Positions 1 to 13,338 of a stretch of DNA of 64,000 bases are shown piece by piece (position 1 is the first letter of the stretch; every line of letters starts with the position of its first letter). Source of the stretch: Monocercomonoides exilis PA203 (taxonomy: Eukaryota > Protista > Preaxostyla); the NCBI GenBank assembly GCA_001643675.2, contig LSRY02000003.1:2480001-2544000 (forward strand), in the 5' to 3' direction. The notes beneath the pieces are model-generated. The model searched no databases and had not been told where the DNA came from. It worked only from the letters and a program-made list of their open reading frames with translations. The translations under genes and the position numbers were made by a program.

Positions 1-1
1 C

Positions 2-1273
2 CTAAACAGCCCATCCACCTCTCTCTCTGCCTTCAATGCCTCTTTTCTTCACCAAACACGCTCTTCACCAAATGCTGCTGTCGTGCATATCGGATCTGAA
101 TCTCAAAGAGCGAAACCTGGAAGACTGACTTCATTTGATGAGAACAGCCACAGATTCGAATGGTGTGAATGGAATGATTCAAATAGTGGAAGTGATAATG
201 GCGGTGCACTTCATGTCGAGTGCACAAATGCCAATCTCGAAATCACTTCTTGTTCGTTTTTCAATTGCAATTGTCCAGGAAGTGATAGTGGTGGAGGGGC
301 ATTATACTGTCATTACTTGTTGAAAATAAATATGGCAAAATCAAATTTCACGGGATGCTCGGCTGGCCATGGAGGAGCAAATTGCATCAGGTATCCTCAA
401 ACGAATTCTGTTTGGACGTTCTCAGAAAATAGAGTGGAAAGTTGTAAGATAACATACTGGTGTGGAACGGGTTGGTATTTTGCGCTTGAAGGAATTCCAA
501 CAAATTTTCAATTCTTGTTTTCCAAATGCAAGTGCATTGCTAATACAGGGGGCAATTCTGCTGGTTCTCTCACATTTAATGATCCCCCACAAAATAAACC
601 AACTCAGTTTTTGGTTAATGATTGCCAATTTATAAATAACAATCTGACTGCATCTGCCAGTTATGGAGGAGCTGCCATCTATTTGGATGTCACTTACTCT
701 TGGATGAATGGAATAAAATTCATCACATTTTGTTTCTTCGATGGCAACACTGCCACAAATGGCAGAGGAAACGATGTCTTTTTCAATGGCAGCAGTATCA
801 CCCAATCTCCATTTGAGAATTGTGGCTCAACAACTCCAACAAAAAGAGTGTGGAATGCAGGAACTGCTGATAACGCTGCGTACAATGGCTGGCTCCCACT
901 CATTGCCCAGAACAAAATCGTTGCAAATGGTGGAACTGATGTCGATGCCTGTGGCAGACCCCAACAGACCCCATGCGCCACCATCGAGTATGCCCTCAAC
1001 GCCTTCATCTCCCTCCTCCAAGACGCCTCTCTCACCCTCCTTTCCTCAACATTTGTTCCAACTCAAACACTCACTTTCTGTGCAGTTGACACAAAAATCA
1101 CTGGAAATGATGAAATTTGTCTGATTTCTTTATTATTCCTTCTATTTTCATCATATAAAACAGTTAATATTCTATCATTATTTCTTTTAATTTTTGAATA
1201 TTTTCCGTATCATTGCCAAATTCATGAGCTTTCATCCCATTTTCAAATGGCATATATGCTACTATTTGCTTAG
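2..1273 (+). pseudogene. Beta-helix surface-protein cassette C1 (partial; begins before the window)
   Basis: Frame is open from base 2 (LNSPSTSLSAFNASF...). It has GGAL/GGAA and FxxN motifs and the conserved tail CGRPQQTPCATIEYAL...VDTKITGN. Family homology stops at ~1110, followed by AT-rich run-on to a stop. Confidence 0.75.
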
Positions 1274-4200
1274 AAAAAGAATAACATCAACGCAGAAAAA
1301 ATATATCCTCATAAGTTTCTCTAATTTTGTTTCTTCAATTTCGAGTCAGCCCTCAGTGCGAAGGTATTATCTTTTTCCTTTCTTCAAAAGAGTATTTCTT
1401 CGATGATATCTTGTAGTTTCACATAAATTATAATTTCTTCATTTTTTCCATTCCAATTTGTCTGCATGCTATTCATGCCCCGCTTTCGTAAATTCTCATT
1501 TGAATGTACTTCTCCTTCAAATTCAGTTCGTCTTCTCTTTTTATTTTTCGCGACTCGTTGAATGCACATGAAGTTGCAAAATCTCTCGAAAGGCACTGTC
1601 AAATCACTCATTCTGAACAGCTTCTCCTCCTCCTCCTTCTTTTTCTTCTGCATACCCTTCAACCTCCAAATGAAAAAGAAAGAATCGTCTCTCTCTCTCT
1701 CTCTCTCTCTCTGTTTTTTGTTGTGCGCCCTGATCGACTTTTCTTGGCTTAAAATAGCATCACTTCCATTCCTACACAGACTCGACCGCTGGTTGCGACA
1801 GATTGAAAATAAGTGTTGTGCTCCTGAACAGTCACAGGAGATAAGGCCCGTCATTGAATCTGATGGATTTTGATGGGAAGAAAATAACAATATTTTTGAT
1901 ATCCATGGAAGTGAGTGAGGATGACGAAGATGAAAGGCATCACAAACAACAGAAATGTGATTTGTTAGGTGGAATACTTGAGACGATGTCGCAGAAGTTT
2001 GATAAAAATGAGGAGGAAAAGGAAGCAGAAAACGAAGGAATGGGGGAAGTGGAATAACCCTCGCCATCACTTATTATTAGCATGTGATTGTCGCACGAAG
2101 CTTAAGTTGTGCAAACACCTTTCGATGCCAATGTAGTTTGAGGCAAAAAGCGTTGATAAATATCAATGCTTCGGAAGTGAGCAGGGGAGAGCAACACAAG
2201 ATTGAGCTTTTTCTGGAAAAGAAAAGTGGAAAGCAACGAGACAAAACAAAAAAGCCTGTGAAGATGAAAAGAATAGCATGCAACAACAAGCAGCAAGCAT
2301 TTGATACACTTTGAAGCACACTCAGTTGATCTGAAGAAGGACAAGAAAAGGACGATAGCAACGATGAGCCAACTGTTCGACACTGCCGCATTTTTCTTTT
2401 CAATCAAATCCAAACTGGCATTTTTTTTCTTTTCTTTTCTTGTTTGTTTTTGATTCACTTTGGTGCTGTTTTTCGTTTGCTTGAAATATCTCTTCTGCTC
2501 ATTTCTCTTTTTTGTCGCTGCCACGCTCGCGTTCATTTCGCTTTATCGTGTTTTGCTTCGATGTTTCCTGTTCATTTAGAATCAATCTCAAGTCTTTCAC
2601 TTTTCCGCAGTTTTCTTCATCTTTTCCATTTTTCTTTCACATTTGCATCACAAAGTTGGCAAATATTTTCATTTTCTTCTTTGCTTTCCTCTTGTGATGC
2701 CCTGTCATCCGTCTCTTTTGGCAATTCTTCCCTTTTTCATTTTCATGTCTATTTGTTGTAATGAATCATTTCTCTGTTGGGATACTCTGCCATGCTTTGT
2801 AACTCGTGGCTGTCTTGAAGGCGGATTTTTACCCCTTCAAACTTGCTTCGTGTTCCGTTGTTTCGCTCTGCAAAAATAAGTCCTTTTGTTTTTGCCAGAC
2901 AACTGCGTTTGTAAGCCCTGTTGCTTTATTGGATTTGCAGCTGAGGCAAACAAGTCAAGAACAAATGAATGAAATAAGCAGTCGATTCAGCAGATATTGC
3001 TGCTTGCTGTCTTTGTTTGGTACAGGCAAACACAAAACATTCCCTTGCCTTGCTCATTGACTGTAATCAAATTCGTCGCCTTTTCAACCACTTGTTTTGT
3101 CATTCGCAAATGGTAGTTCCCTTCCTTCATTTTTTCTTATTCGTACTCCTTTTGTTATTGTTGCCTCCTTTATTTTTCTTTGCAGTTATCCATTTGCCTT
3201 TATCCCTTTTCAATGGTCGTGCTAGACTGGCTTGAGTGTTTGAGCTTTTCATTTTGCTCAAACAATTCTTTAATTTCTTCTTTTCCACATTTCCCTGTTT
3301 TTCTTTTTCTCTTTCTCTTTGCTCAATCTAGCTTGAAAATATATGATGACCAAAACGAAGCATATCCATCTGGATCATCGTACAAACATAACTTCATCAT
3401 TATCGAAAAAGTATTATTTTCGTATGTTCAAATGGATATTTTTCGTCCCCCTCTTTAATTTCGTATTCTCCAATATTCTGAATAATTACCATTCATAAAG
3501 ACTTTCCATCTTCAAATCTTTCTTCCGGGCCCATTGCAATGCGAACCTTAGCAACATTTGTAGAGTAACATTGTCCTTCGTCTATTGCTGTACAGGTGCA
3601 GCGCTTTGCGCTGACGCATCATTCATTCTGTAGATGAATTGTTTCCATTCATGTGCAACAAAGCATGAAAAATAACTCGCAAACACAAATATTAATACTT
3701 CATCCAGCTTTAAAACGAGTTGCTTCGGCATAACCAACGAAATAGACACCATTCTGAACAGCCACTGGAAATGCAATACAAAAGCATTTTGATGATCATA
3801 ATCCATTTTTTTCATAACGAATGTTCGATTGATTCCGAAAACAATATTTGCTTTTCATTTGTTGCTGATAATTATTAACAAATATTACCACGAATAGCTC
3901 CCATGCTATGCTCGATAATGATGCATTTATAACCATAATCCAATACGAAACACTTAATTGAATTTTTATGCGAGTTTTGAGTCGTTTTACGCGCATAATA
4001 TGCTTTTCTCTGTTTGTCTAGAAATGTAAAATTTGCGCCAATATATTTTCGTGAAAGCTGATTGCGCTGAACCTTGGAACGAATCGGGCATTGTGCAGAA
4101 TGATTTAAATCAGCTGGCTGATGATTCAAACCAGACCGCAGCATTGCATTGCGATAGAATTGAATGAACAAAATTGTATTGTGCGAGGCAAGTGCGCGGA

Positions 4201-6374
4201 AGTAGTGTGTAAAAGGAAAACTTTAAAGAAGTTCAGATGGGCAAGTTTTGCCCGAAACGAGCTGCCTCCTAACGAAAATATGTATTATCATCAAACCAGT
4301 TCCTTTTGCAAGAGCACAAATCATTACGTGCAGCGAAGATACGCCGTTTTTGTGGTATGAGCTTCTATTTGTTTGAGCAGTTTATTTGGTTGTTTTTGTG
4401 TGAGAACGCAGATCCGGATGCTGATTTATCGCAACAAGGAAATCATTACATTCTACAACTGCATTACTCGTGCAACGAATGAATTCTATGAGAGCATTTT
4501 CACTTTTGGGCTTGAGAAGAAGCTTTTATGCTTGAAATTCTTCTGTCTCATTGAATGTGCTGTCTTCGTCTTCTTTCCTCTGTCATGGCGTCACTGATGC
4601 TATTTGTATCGCCGGCAAGGGGATTGGCTTTGGAGATATATTGCTCCACTTTTTTCTCTAACATGGGTGCAAAGCAAAGCGTGGCCATCCTTGAATTGGG
4701 TTTGGGTTTGCGTTCTTGTGAAGAATTAATTTGTGCGCTCGGCAGTGAGCCAGCTGTGTATGGCAACGCAATGAATAGTTCGATTAATGCTATAAAATCA
4801 TTATTGAAAAAACTTCCCCTTAAGGATTGATTCGTTTTTGTGATTGGTGAGCAAGCAGCGCGCAAAGGAAATGTTTGAAAGAGTTGTTCTGGATCGCATT
4901 AACCTCGGGGAGGGGGAAACGAGCCCTTGGGGCATGCGAATTGGAGAAGCATAAGGGCGATGTATCTGGACGATGGAATCACTGCTAAGGCGCAAGTGGA
5001 TGATGCCATTAGACCTGCTGCAAAAGAGTTCGAAATTGAGGGCTGTGCCTGCAACGTTGGATCAGGGAGATTCTGTCATTGGAACCGGCGGGGTGCAGCT
5101 GCAGCGGTTGCTGAGAGCTCTTTGTTGGAAAGGAGTGTTGTGGCGATGAAAGCGACAGGAATAGAGCGGGTGCTTGGAGCTGCAGATGCTGTTGGAGCAC
5201 AAGTGCCAGCGACAAGGCGATTGCTGCAGGGTAATTTCAGTTCGAATGTGAATGCTCTGCCTTTGTTGGGGCACGGCAGGAGATGTGCTGGGAAGGCAAG
5301 TCTGGCAGCAGGGGGGTCACTTGCTCCGCATGCGGGGCGATTCAGCACGAATTTGCGAGGGCTGTTATTTTGCTGTTGAAGAAGAAAATATGAGGAAAGA
5401 GGGGCAGCATGGATTGAGAGGCCAAACAAACAAACAAACAAGCAAACAAAATGGGGAAAGAGGGGCAGATGAACGAGAAAAGCAGCTTTTTGGAGTGTGA
5501 GATGCGAAGAAGCGGAGAAATGCAACTATTTTTTATTTTTATTTTATTTTTGGATGGCGATCAGCGAATGTTTGTGACTGGATGGGACGTTTCAGGCAGG
5601 AAGGCCGATTTTGTTGGGGCGATTTTGCTTGTCGTTGGAGAAGCGATGCATTTTGAGTGCAATCTGGAGAGAGTTTGGTTTTGTTCTGTGTTATGTTTTC
5701 TGGAGCTTGTTTTGCTGCTTTTGGCCAGCCGGCCTCAATTGAGTGAGATTTGTTGATTGTGGCAGAGGCAGGCTTTGGTGAAGGCATCGAGAATCTTCTT
5801 GCTGAAGGGGAAATGCCTCAAAAAATGGGGAAGACGCTGCTGCTGAGAGGAAGCGATGGGCAGCCGGGGAGAAGCGCCTGAGGCAGCGGGAGATGCGAAT
5901 TAATTGCAGGATTCAGACGAGTTTTGGATTGGGGGCGAGTCTGCGGCGCAGGTGCTGCAGGAGATGATGGAACAAGCATTTTTGAGGAGCGCCTGCTCGG
6001 AATTGGAATGCGAAGCGATTGATATTATTTTCATGCGAACATTTGAATTGTCTGAATGTGATTGGAGCAGCAGGTTGGCTGGGTGCAGTTTTTTTGGTGG
6101 GAGAGGAGCAGGCTGTTTCTGAACGGTGGGAATGAGGAAGACAATCTGCTTGTGGCTGGGTGAATGTGTTGACAGACTCAGGAGAGGAGAGGAGAGGAGA
6201 GGAGGGACAATTTGTTGTGCTGTTTGGTGTCTTGTTGCAATCGACTGCTTGTTGTGGGATTTCAGATGAGGCAACAGAAACTGCTCGACATGCTGTGGCA
6301 GTCACACACAGAGCAGAATTGAATGAGATTGAATGAGATTGAATATGATTTGGCATATTCAACTGTTTAATATT

Positions 6375-6418
<44 letters not shown>

Positions 6419-6580
6419 TTTCTTCTTCTTCTTCTTCACCTTCTTCCTCATTAACAGACATTTCAAACTGTGCAGCATCTTCTCCAATGGAATCAGCGAT
6501 TGATGAGCACGCGCCAATCAACTTTTTCCCAGAGTCGTTTGTTTCAACTCCTTCAATCATCAACTGAACAACTTTTGTTT

Positions 6581-6950
6581 CTCCTTCTCCTTCTCCTTCT
6601 CCTTCTCCTTCTCCTTCTCCTTCTCCTTCTACCTCTTCTCCTTCTTCTTCTTCTTTTTATTCATCTTCACCTTCTTCTTTTTATTCTTATTCTTCTTCTT
6701 CTTCTTCTTTTTCTTCATCTTCACCTTCTTCTTTTTATTCTTATTCATCTTCACCTTCTTCTTCTTCTTCTTCTTCTTCTTCTTCTTCTTCTTCTTCTTC
6801 TTCTTCTTCTTCTTCTTCTTCTTCTTCTTCTTCTTCTTCTTCTTCTTCTTCTTCTTCTTCTTCTTCTTCTTCTTCTTCTTCTTCTTCTTCTTCTTCTTCT
6901 TCTTCTTCTTCTTCACCTTCTTCACCTTCTTCACCTTCTTCACCTTCTTC
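6581..6950. repeat. Compound microsatellite (CTCCTT)n / (TTC)n
   Basis: Pure TTC run at ~6756-6913, flanked by CTCCTT units and TTCACC-interrupted units. Confidence 0.95.
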
Positions 6951-8361
6951 GACCTCTTTTTCTTTTTCTCAATCTTCTTTTTCTTCTGCTGATTCTTCGT
7001 CTTCGCATTCATCTTCACTTGCATTTTCATTTGATGCTTTTTGTATTTTCAGAGCCAATGGACAAACATCATTATTTTTTGTTTTTGAAGAGAAGGGAAA
7101 TGAAACCACTCAAAGTTTGCAAATGAACTGAAGATTTGATCTTCACAGACAAATAAATGCGAATTGGCCAATATTATTTGTTATTGGGGTTTTATATTCC
7201 TTTCGAAGTCAACTTATCAAATGTGACATTTCATCATCCGACAACATCATACAAGTCATTTTCATCATCTTCTTCAGAAATGTTATTTGACTGATTGTTC
7301 ATCTCTCAATAACTTCTTCTTCATCTTTTTCTTCTTTTTCTTCTTTTTCTTCTTCTTTTTCTTCTTCTTTCCAACGAACTGCTAAATCTTCACCATTATC
7401 TTCTGCTTCTTCAATGCCGTTTTCAATCACTTGGCATTGGATCAGGTCATCGACCTCCTGATGCATTTAAGCTGTACAATCAGTGCATCGCAAAATTGAA
7501 CTAACAATTTTATCATTCACAATTCTTCCTCTCAGCGTCCATTCACCGCATACGCCATTATTTTATGTTTCATTCATTATTCTGACAAGAAAAAAATTTG
7601 TCTTTTCATTCAAATGTTCTTCAACGCTTTCTTCGATGAACAACAAAAATTAAACTGTTTTTTTCATTTCATTCAACAACTCTCAGATTGGAAGGAAGGC
7701 TTCGCCTTCTGCATCAATTTGGAAATTCAAAAGAAATATTCATTCAATCACGGAATATCATCAGAAATTATTTTACAAAGGAAATGATTCTAAATCCTAT
7801 CGAGAAAAGCCGACCACAAAGTGCACAATAAAAAATAGAAATTAAATCTGAATTATTATTTTGGAAGTTGAAAGAATTCACAGAAAATAGAAGGAGCAGG
7901 GCAGAAGACGTTATTTGGAACAAATTATAATGTGGATGATCTTTGAGAGATTTCTCAATGTGATACACTTTTAATGAGCCATTGAAGATGAAACAAAGAA
8001 AGAAAGCAATTTTGAGGAAAAGGCATATTTGAAGGGAAATTTCAAAGAGATAGTTGAGCGAATCGGATACAAGCATGTTGAAACATGAAAGCTGATGAAA
8101 ATATAATAATTGAAGAACTTTCTTATATGATTGAAGAAATGCTATTTGAGAGATGAAATAGATGATGTAAAGCAACAAGCTGAATTTGCATTTGATTAAG
8201 AAGAGAAAATAAATGAAGAAATTTTGAAGAAATGTTTTTATCTGAGCGGATGGTTAGGATTTTGAAAAAATAAGTGGTATATACTTCAATTGAAAAGAAG
8301 ATGAAACCTCAAGAAATTTTCAAAGATATGGAAAATATTCAAAATTTGAAGATGAAAGAAT

Positions 8362-9759
8362 TTATATGAGAATCAGAAAAAAGTCATTATTTCCTGTTGT
8401 TTTTGTGTCAACTGCGCTGGATGTGAGTGTTTGAGTTGGAACAAATGTTGAGGAAAGGAGGGTGAGAGATGCGTCTTGGAGGAGAGAAATGAAGCTGGTG
8501 AGGGCATACTCGATGGTGGCACATGGGGTCTGTTGGGGTCTGCCACAGGCATCAGCATCAGTTCCATTGCTGGCAACGATTTTGTTCTGGGCAACGAGGG
8601 GGAGCCAGCCATTGTACACTGCATTGTCTGCTGTTCCATTATTCCACACTCTTTTTGTTGGAGTTGTTGAGCCACAATTCTCAAATGGAGATTGGGTGAT
8701 ACTGCTGCCATTGAAAAAGACATCGTTTCCTCTGCCATTTTTGGCAGTGTTGCCATCGAAGAAACAGAATGTGATGAATTTTATTCCATTCATCCAAGAG
8801 TAAGTGACATCCAAATAGATGGCAGCTCCGCCATAAGTGGATGATGAAGTTAATTTGTTATTGATGAACTGACACTCAACGATTGAAAACAGGTTGGGCT
8901 TGTTATTCGGAGGCCAATGAAACGTGAGAGAGCCAGTTGAATCGTTGCCAGAATTTGCGATGCACTTGCATTTGATAAACAGAAATTGAAAATTTGTATA
9001 ATCATTTCCGAGACCAAAATACCAACCAGTTCCACACCAGTTTGTGATTGAACAGCTTTCAACTCTATTTTCAGAGAATGTCCAAACAGAATTTGTTTGT
9101 GGACTCCATATTTTCGCAGCTCCTCCATGAAGCGCAGAACAACTTGTAAAATTCGATTTTGTGATGCTGATTTTCAACAAGTATCGACAGAATATTGCTC
9201 CTCCTTCACCATTGCTTGATGTACATTTGTTGAACGAGCAAGATGTGATTGTGAGATTTGCGTTTGAGCAGTTGACATAAAGTGCACCTCCCCAATCAGT
9301 TCCACCATTTGAATCATTCCATTCACACCACTCAAAGATATAGCTATTCAAAGCAGTGAAGGACAATCTACCAGGTTTCGCTCTTTGAGTTTCGGATCCG
9401 TTATATTTTACAAGATCATTTGGTGAAAAGCGTGTTTGGCGAAGGAAAGAAGCATTGAATGCAGAAAGAGAAGTAGATGGGCTGTTGAGGTTGGGGAGAA
9501 TGGCACCATCGATGGGGTTGTGGGTGTGGAGGAAGATGGATGAGTGGATGGAGAGAGATGAGTGAAGGGAGAAGGAGGGGATTGTATTGGTGTTGGTGTT
9601 GGTGGATGTGGAAGAAGAGGAAGAAGAGGTCGATGTGAATGGGTTGAGTGAATGTGAAGGAAGGGATGGAAGTGAGAGATGGAACGAAAAGGAAATGGAA
9701 GAATGAAAAGATGCTTTGAAATGGATTGATTTTGTTGAAAGAGATTTTGCAGTTTGCAA
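8362..9759 (-). pseudogene. Beta-helix surface-protein cassette C2
   Basis: Open frame from HNPIDGAILPNLNSPSTSLSAFNASF to AVDTKTTGN. The ORF-track start is TTG; there is no ATG ahead of the core and no signal peptide. Confidence 0.75.
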
Positions 9760-12087
9760 TATTTAAGAAAATGAAATTGCTCAAATTGTTTCACTTTTCC
9801 TTTAAATCATTCCATTTGATGAAAAGAAATTGCCTTGTGTTATCTGCAATGAAAATGAAAATTAAAAAATTATTGAAATGAATTTTTGAATCAATAATTA
9901 AATTTTCATTTTGTTTCATTTTCGCGTTTTCATCAAAAAAACAAAAAGATCGCAATTTCAAATGATATTTATTTCTGAGGAAACTGAAAACGCAAAATTC
10001 AACAAGAAGTCGAAAAATATTCCACAAATGAAAAATATTCGTTTTCTGGCTTGAACTCTGGATAACTCGGAATTAATGAATCATTTTTTTTCCCCCCATT
10101 TATTTGTGAATAAATAAGTTAAGAAGAATTTAAGGGTGAAAGTGAATTTAGGGATGGCTTTTTTGATTAATTATGAAAAATCATTTCATTATTGACATTT
10201 GGTTTAAATATTTCCACTGTTTATCATTTTGCTAAATTATCTTTGAAATTCAAAAGAACACTTCATCTGTAATATTTATCGTTATTTGATACTGTATTTG
10301 CATTGACCAATCAAGGATGATGCATTTTTTAATGAAAAAAAGATGATATTGTCAATTTTTCATGAAAACTTCCAAATGTTTAATTTTCATAAAAAACAAA
10401 AATTTCATATTTTAACGAATTTCTGTTCCCACTCACGTAACTTTTCTCATTTGGAAATAATTACATTGCTCAGGTTCTGTTTCCATTTTGGTGAAGTTTT
10501 ATTAGTGTGAACAGAAAATTGATAATTATATGAAATTTCTATTTAATTTGTAAATTAAACAAAATGTAGTTTTCATTAAAAATTAGCTATATGGTGCTTG
10601 CAAACAAAACAAAATATTCAAATGAATGTTTTGATTTTGTTTTTTTGGTATTGCATAAAAAGAAAAGAAATGGAAAAGCTTTCCAAATATTTCAACAATG
10701 TGTTTGACTTTCATTGTTTGTAATTCAAAATAAAAATAACAGATTTTTTTTCTATAATTCATTGTTTCATATAAAATGAGTCCTTTCCATTGAGAGGATA
10801 AACTTCATTCTTATTGATGTCTCAAACGTCCTGTCATTCATCATTCCAAAATTATAAAAATTAATAATTTCAATTTTCATTTCTCAAAAAAGAAAAATAA
10901 CAAAATTGAAGTGTGTTTCCATTCTTTGTTCATTTTTCAACTTTTTGTTTAAAATTTGTCACTTCAAACATTCACATTTCCAGAATCAATGTCTGTAAAA
11001 CAATTGAAGGATATCATTGAAGAATTGAAAATTGATATGATTTCAAAGATAATCACCCAGTATAGAACTGTTGTTGTCAACAACAGACAACTGTGATAAT
11101 GGAGAATATCACTTTTCTCGTTCAGAATATGAAAAAGATTTTGGTCTTCACAATGGATCATTTGAAGAAGAACACACAATATTTTTTTTCAACAAAAAGC
11201 TTCAAACAAGAACAATTATTGTGATAATGAATATTCGAACCTGTGATAATATTCGATTGAAAAAGAATTCAAAAAAGGTGATGATAAATATTAATTGAAT
11301 ATTCATGAAATGATAACTGGAATGTGAATAATTATTTTCATTTTTTTATTCAGTTGAAAAAAATGATGATGTGGAAATATCTTTGAATAAACTCACATAT
11401 TAATCAAAACATCACTTGATTGTTTCCACAGAAAATTGAGAATACATTATTTTTGAGAATCCTTTGTTCTTGGTTTTTCTGAAAAATGGATCCAATGATA
11501 CAGAATTGAAAAGTGAATAAACGAAGAAATTATCAAAATCAAAGAAGTTCTCCAATCCCAAAAATTACATTCTGATTTTCATGTTTTTCAGTCAACAACA
11601 ATGACTTTTAAAGGAAATAATTTTGAATATCAAGTTATTGTGGAGCTTGGCTTTTAATTCGTTTCAAAATGAAAAATTAATAATCATTTTGAAATCAATT
11701 TTTCATTTTCTGGTTGCAAAATAATAATTATTATTTAGGCATTTGAAGAACAAAACAAAAGAAGTACATTCTCTAATCAAACCGAAAATTTTCGATTGAA
11801 CAAAAGATAATTCAGAAAACAATACAAAAGGTATTTTGATGATTGGGCGAAGAATAAAACAATGATATTTTTATTCCTTGTTGGAATAGAAAGGATTAAA
11901 TCATCAGAAGATCTGACAAATAGAGAAATAATTCAAAATTTTTGCTTTTCAATAAAGACATTTCATTGAAAATAGTTTTGAAAAATAATAATTTGCAGCT
12001 TCAACATAAAAATACAAATAGATGTTGTTGAAAATATTCATATTAAATAAATTCAAAAATTTTAAATAGATTTCTGAAAATTTTCAG

Positions 12088-13338
12088 TTGTTGTATTCTT
12101 TCTCATTTAATATCTCTATTTCCATCCACTCAACCATCTTCCTCCACACTCACAACCCCATTGATGGTGCTATTCTCCCCAACCTCAACAGCCCATCCAC
12201 TTCCCTCTCTGCCTTCAATGCTTCTTTCCTCCACCAAACACGCTCTTCACAAAATGCTGCAAAGGTGTATATTGGAAATGAAACTAATCGAAAAACACCT
12301 GGAAGACTGGATTCCTTTGATCTGAACAGCCATAAATTTGAATGGTGTGAATGGAATGATTCAAAAAGTGAATCAAGTCGTGGAGGTGCACTTTGTATCG
12401 ATTGTGCAAATGCAAATCTCACAGTCACTTCTTGTTCGTTCAACAATTGTTCGGCAAAAGGACACAATGGTGGAGCATTAGATTGCTTTTATCTGTTAAA
12501 CGTTAACATCACAACATCTAATATCACAGATTGTTCCGCTTTACATGGAGGAGCTGTTGAAATAGCATATCCACAATCCACTTCCGATTGGTCCTTCTCA
12601 GAAAACAGAGTGGAAAATTGTTCAATAACTGATTGGTGTGGAACGGGTTGGTATTTCTGGCTCAATAATATGACTTCAACTTGCCAATTTCTGTTTTCTG
12701 AATGCAAATGTATTGCAAATTCTGGTGGTGATTCTGCTGGTTCTCTCACATTCAATTCTCCTCCAACCAATAAGCCAAATCAATTTTTAGTTAATGATTG
12801 TCAGTTCTTAAATAATAAATTGACATCAAATTCAACTTCATGGGGAGGTGCTGCGCTGTGTTGCACAGCAACTTATTCCTGGATGAGCGGAAATAAATTC
12901 ATCACATTCTGCTTTTTCAATGGCAACACAGCAACAAATGGCAGAGGGAATGATGTATTCTTTAATGGTAATTCCATAGCTCAATCTCCGTTTGAGAATT
13001 GTGGATCAACAACCCCATCAAAAAGAGTGTGGAATGCAGGAACTGCAGATAGCGGTGTGTATAATGGCTGGCTTCCTTTTATCACTCAGAATAAAATCGT
13101 TGCCAGCAATGGAACTGATGCTGATGCCTGTGGCAGACCCCAACAGACCCCATGTGCCACCATCGAGTATGCCCTCACCGGCTTCATTTCTCTCCTCCAA
13201 GATGCATCTCTCACCCTCCTTTCCTCAACATTTGTTCCTCTTCAAACACTCACCTTCGGAGCAGTCGACACAAAAATCACTGGAAATGATAAACTTTATC
13301 TGATTCTCATATTAATTCTTTCGTTTTCTCATTTTTGA
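12088..13338 (+). pseudogene. Beta-helix surface-protein cassette C3
   Basis: Same conserved ends as C1/C2 with a different core. TTG start, no upstream in-frame ATG. Confidence 0.75.

Noticed and set aside
4927-5379. YLDDG resembling a reverse transcriptase motif
   Set aside because: No other RT motifs nearby. The 3300-6300 region looks like unidentifiable degraded coding DNA.
9800-12080. Very AT-rich gap between divergent C2 and C3 as a bidirectional promoter or centromere
   Set aside because: No motif, repeat or ORF evidence beyond composition.
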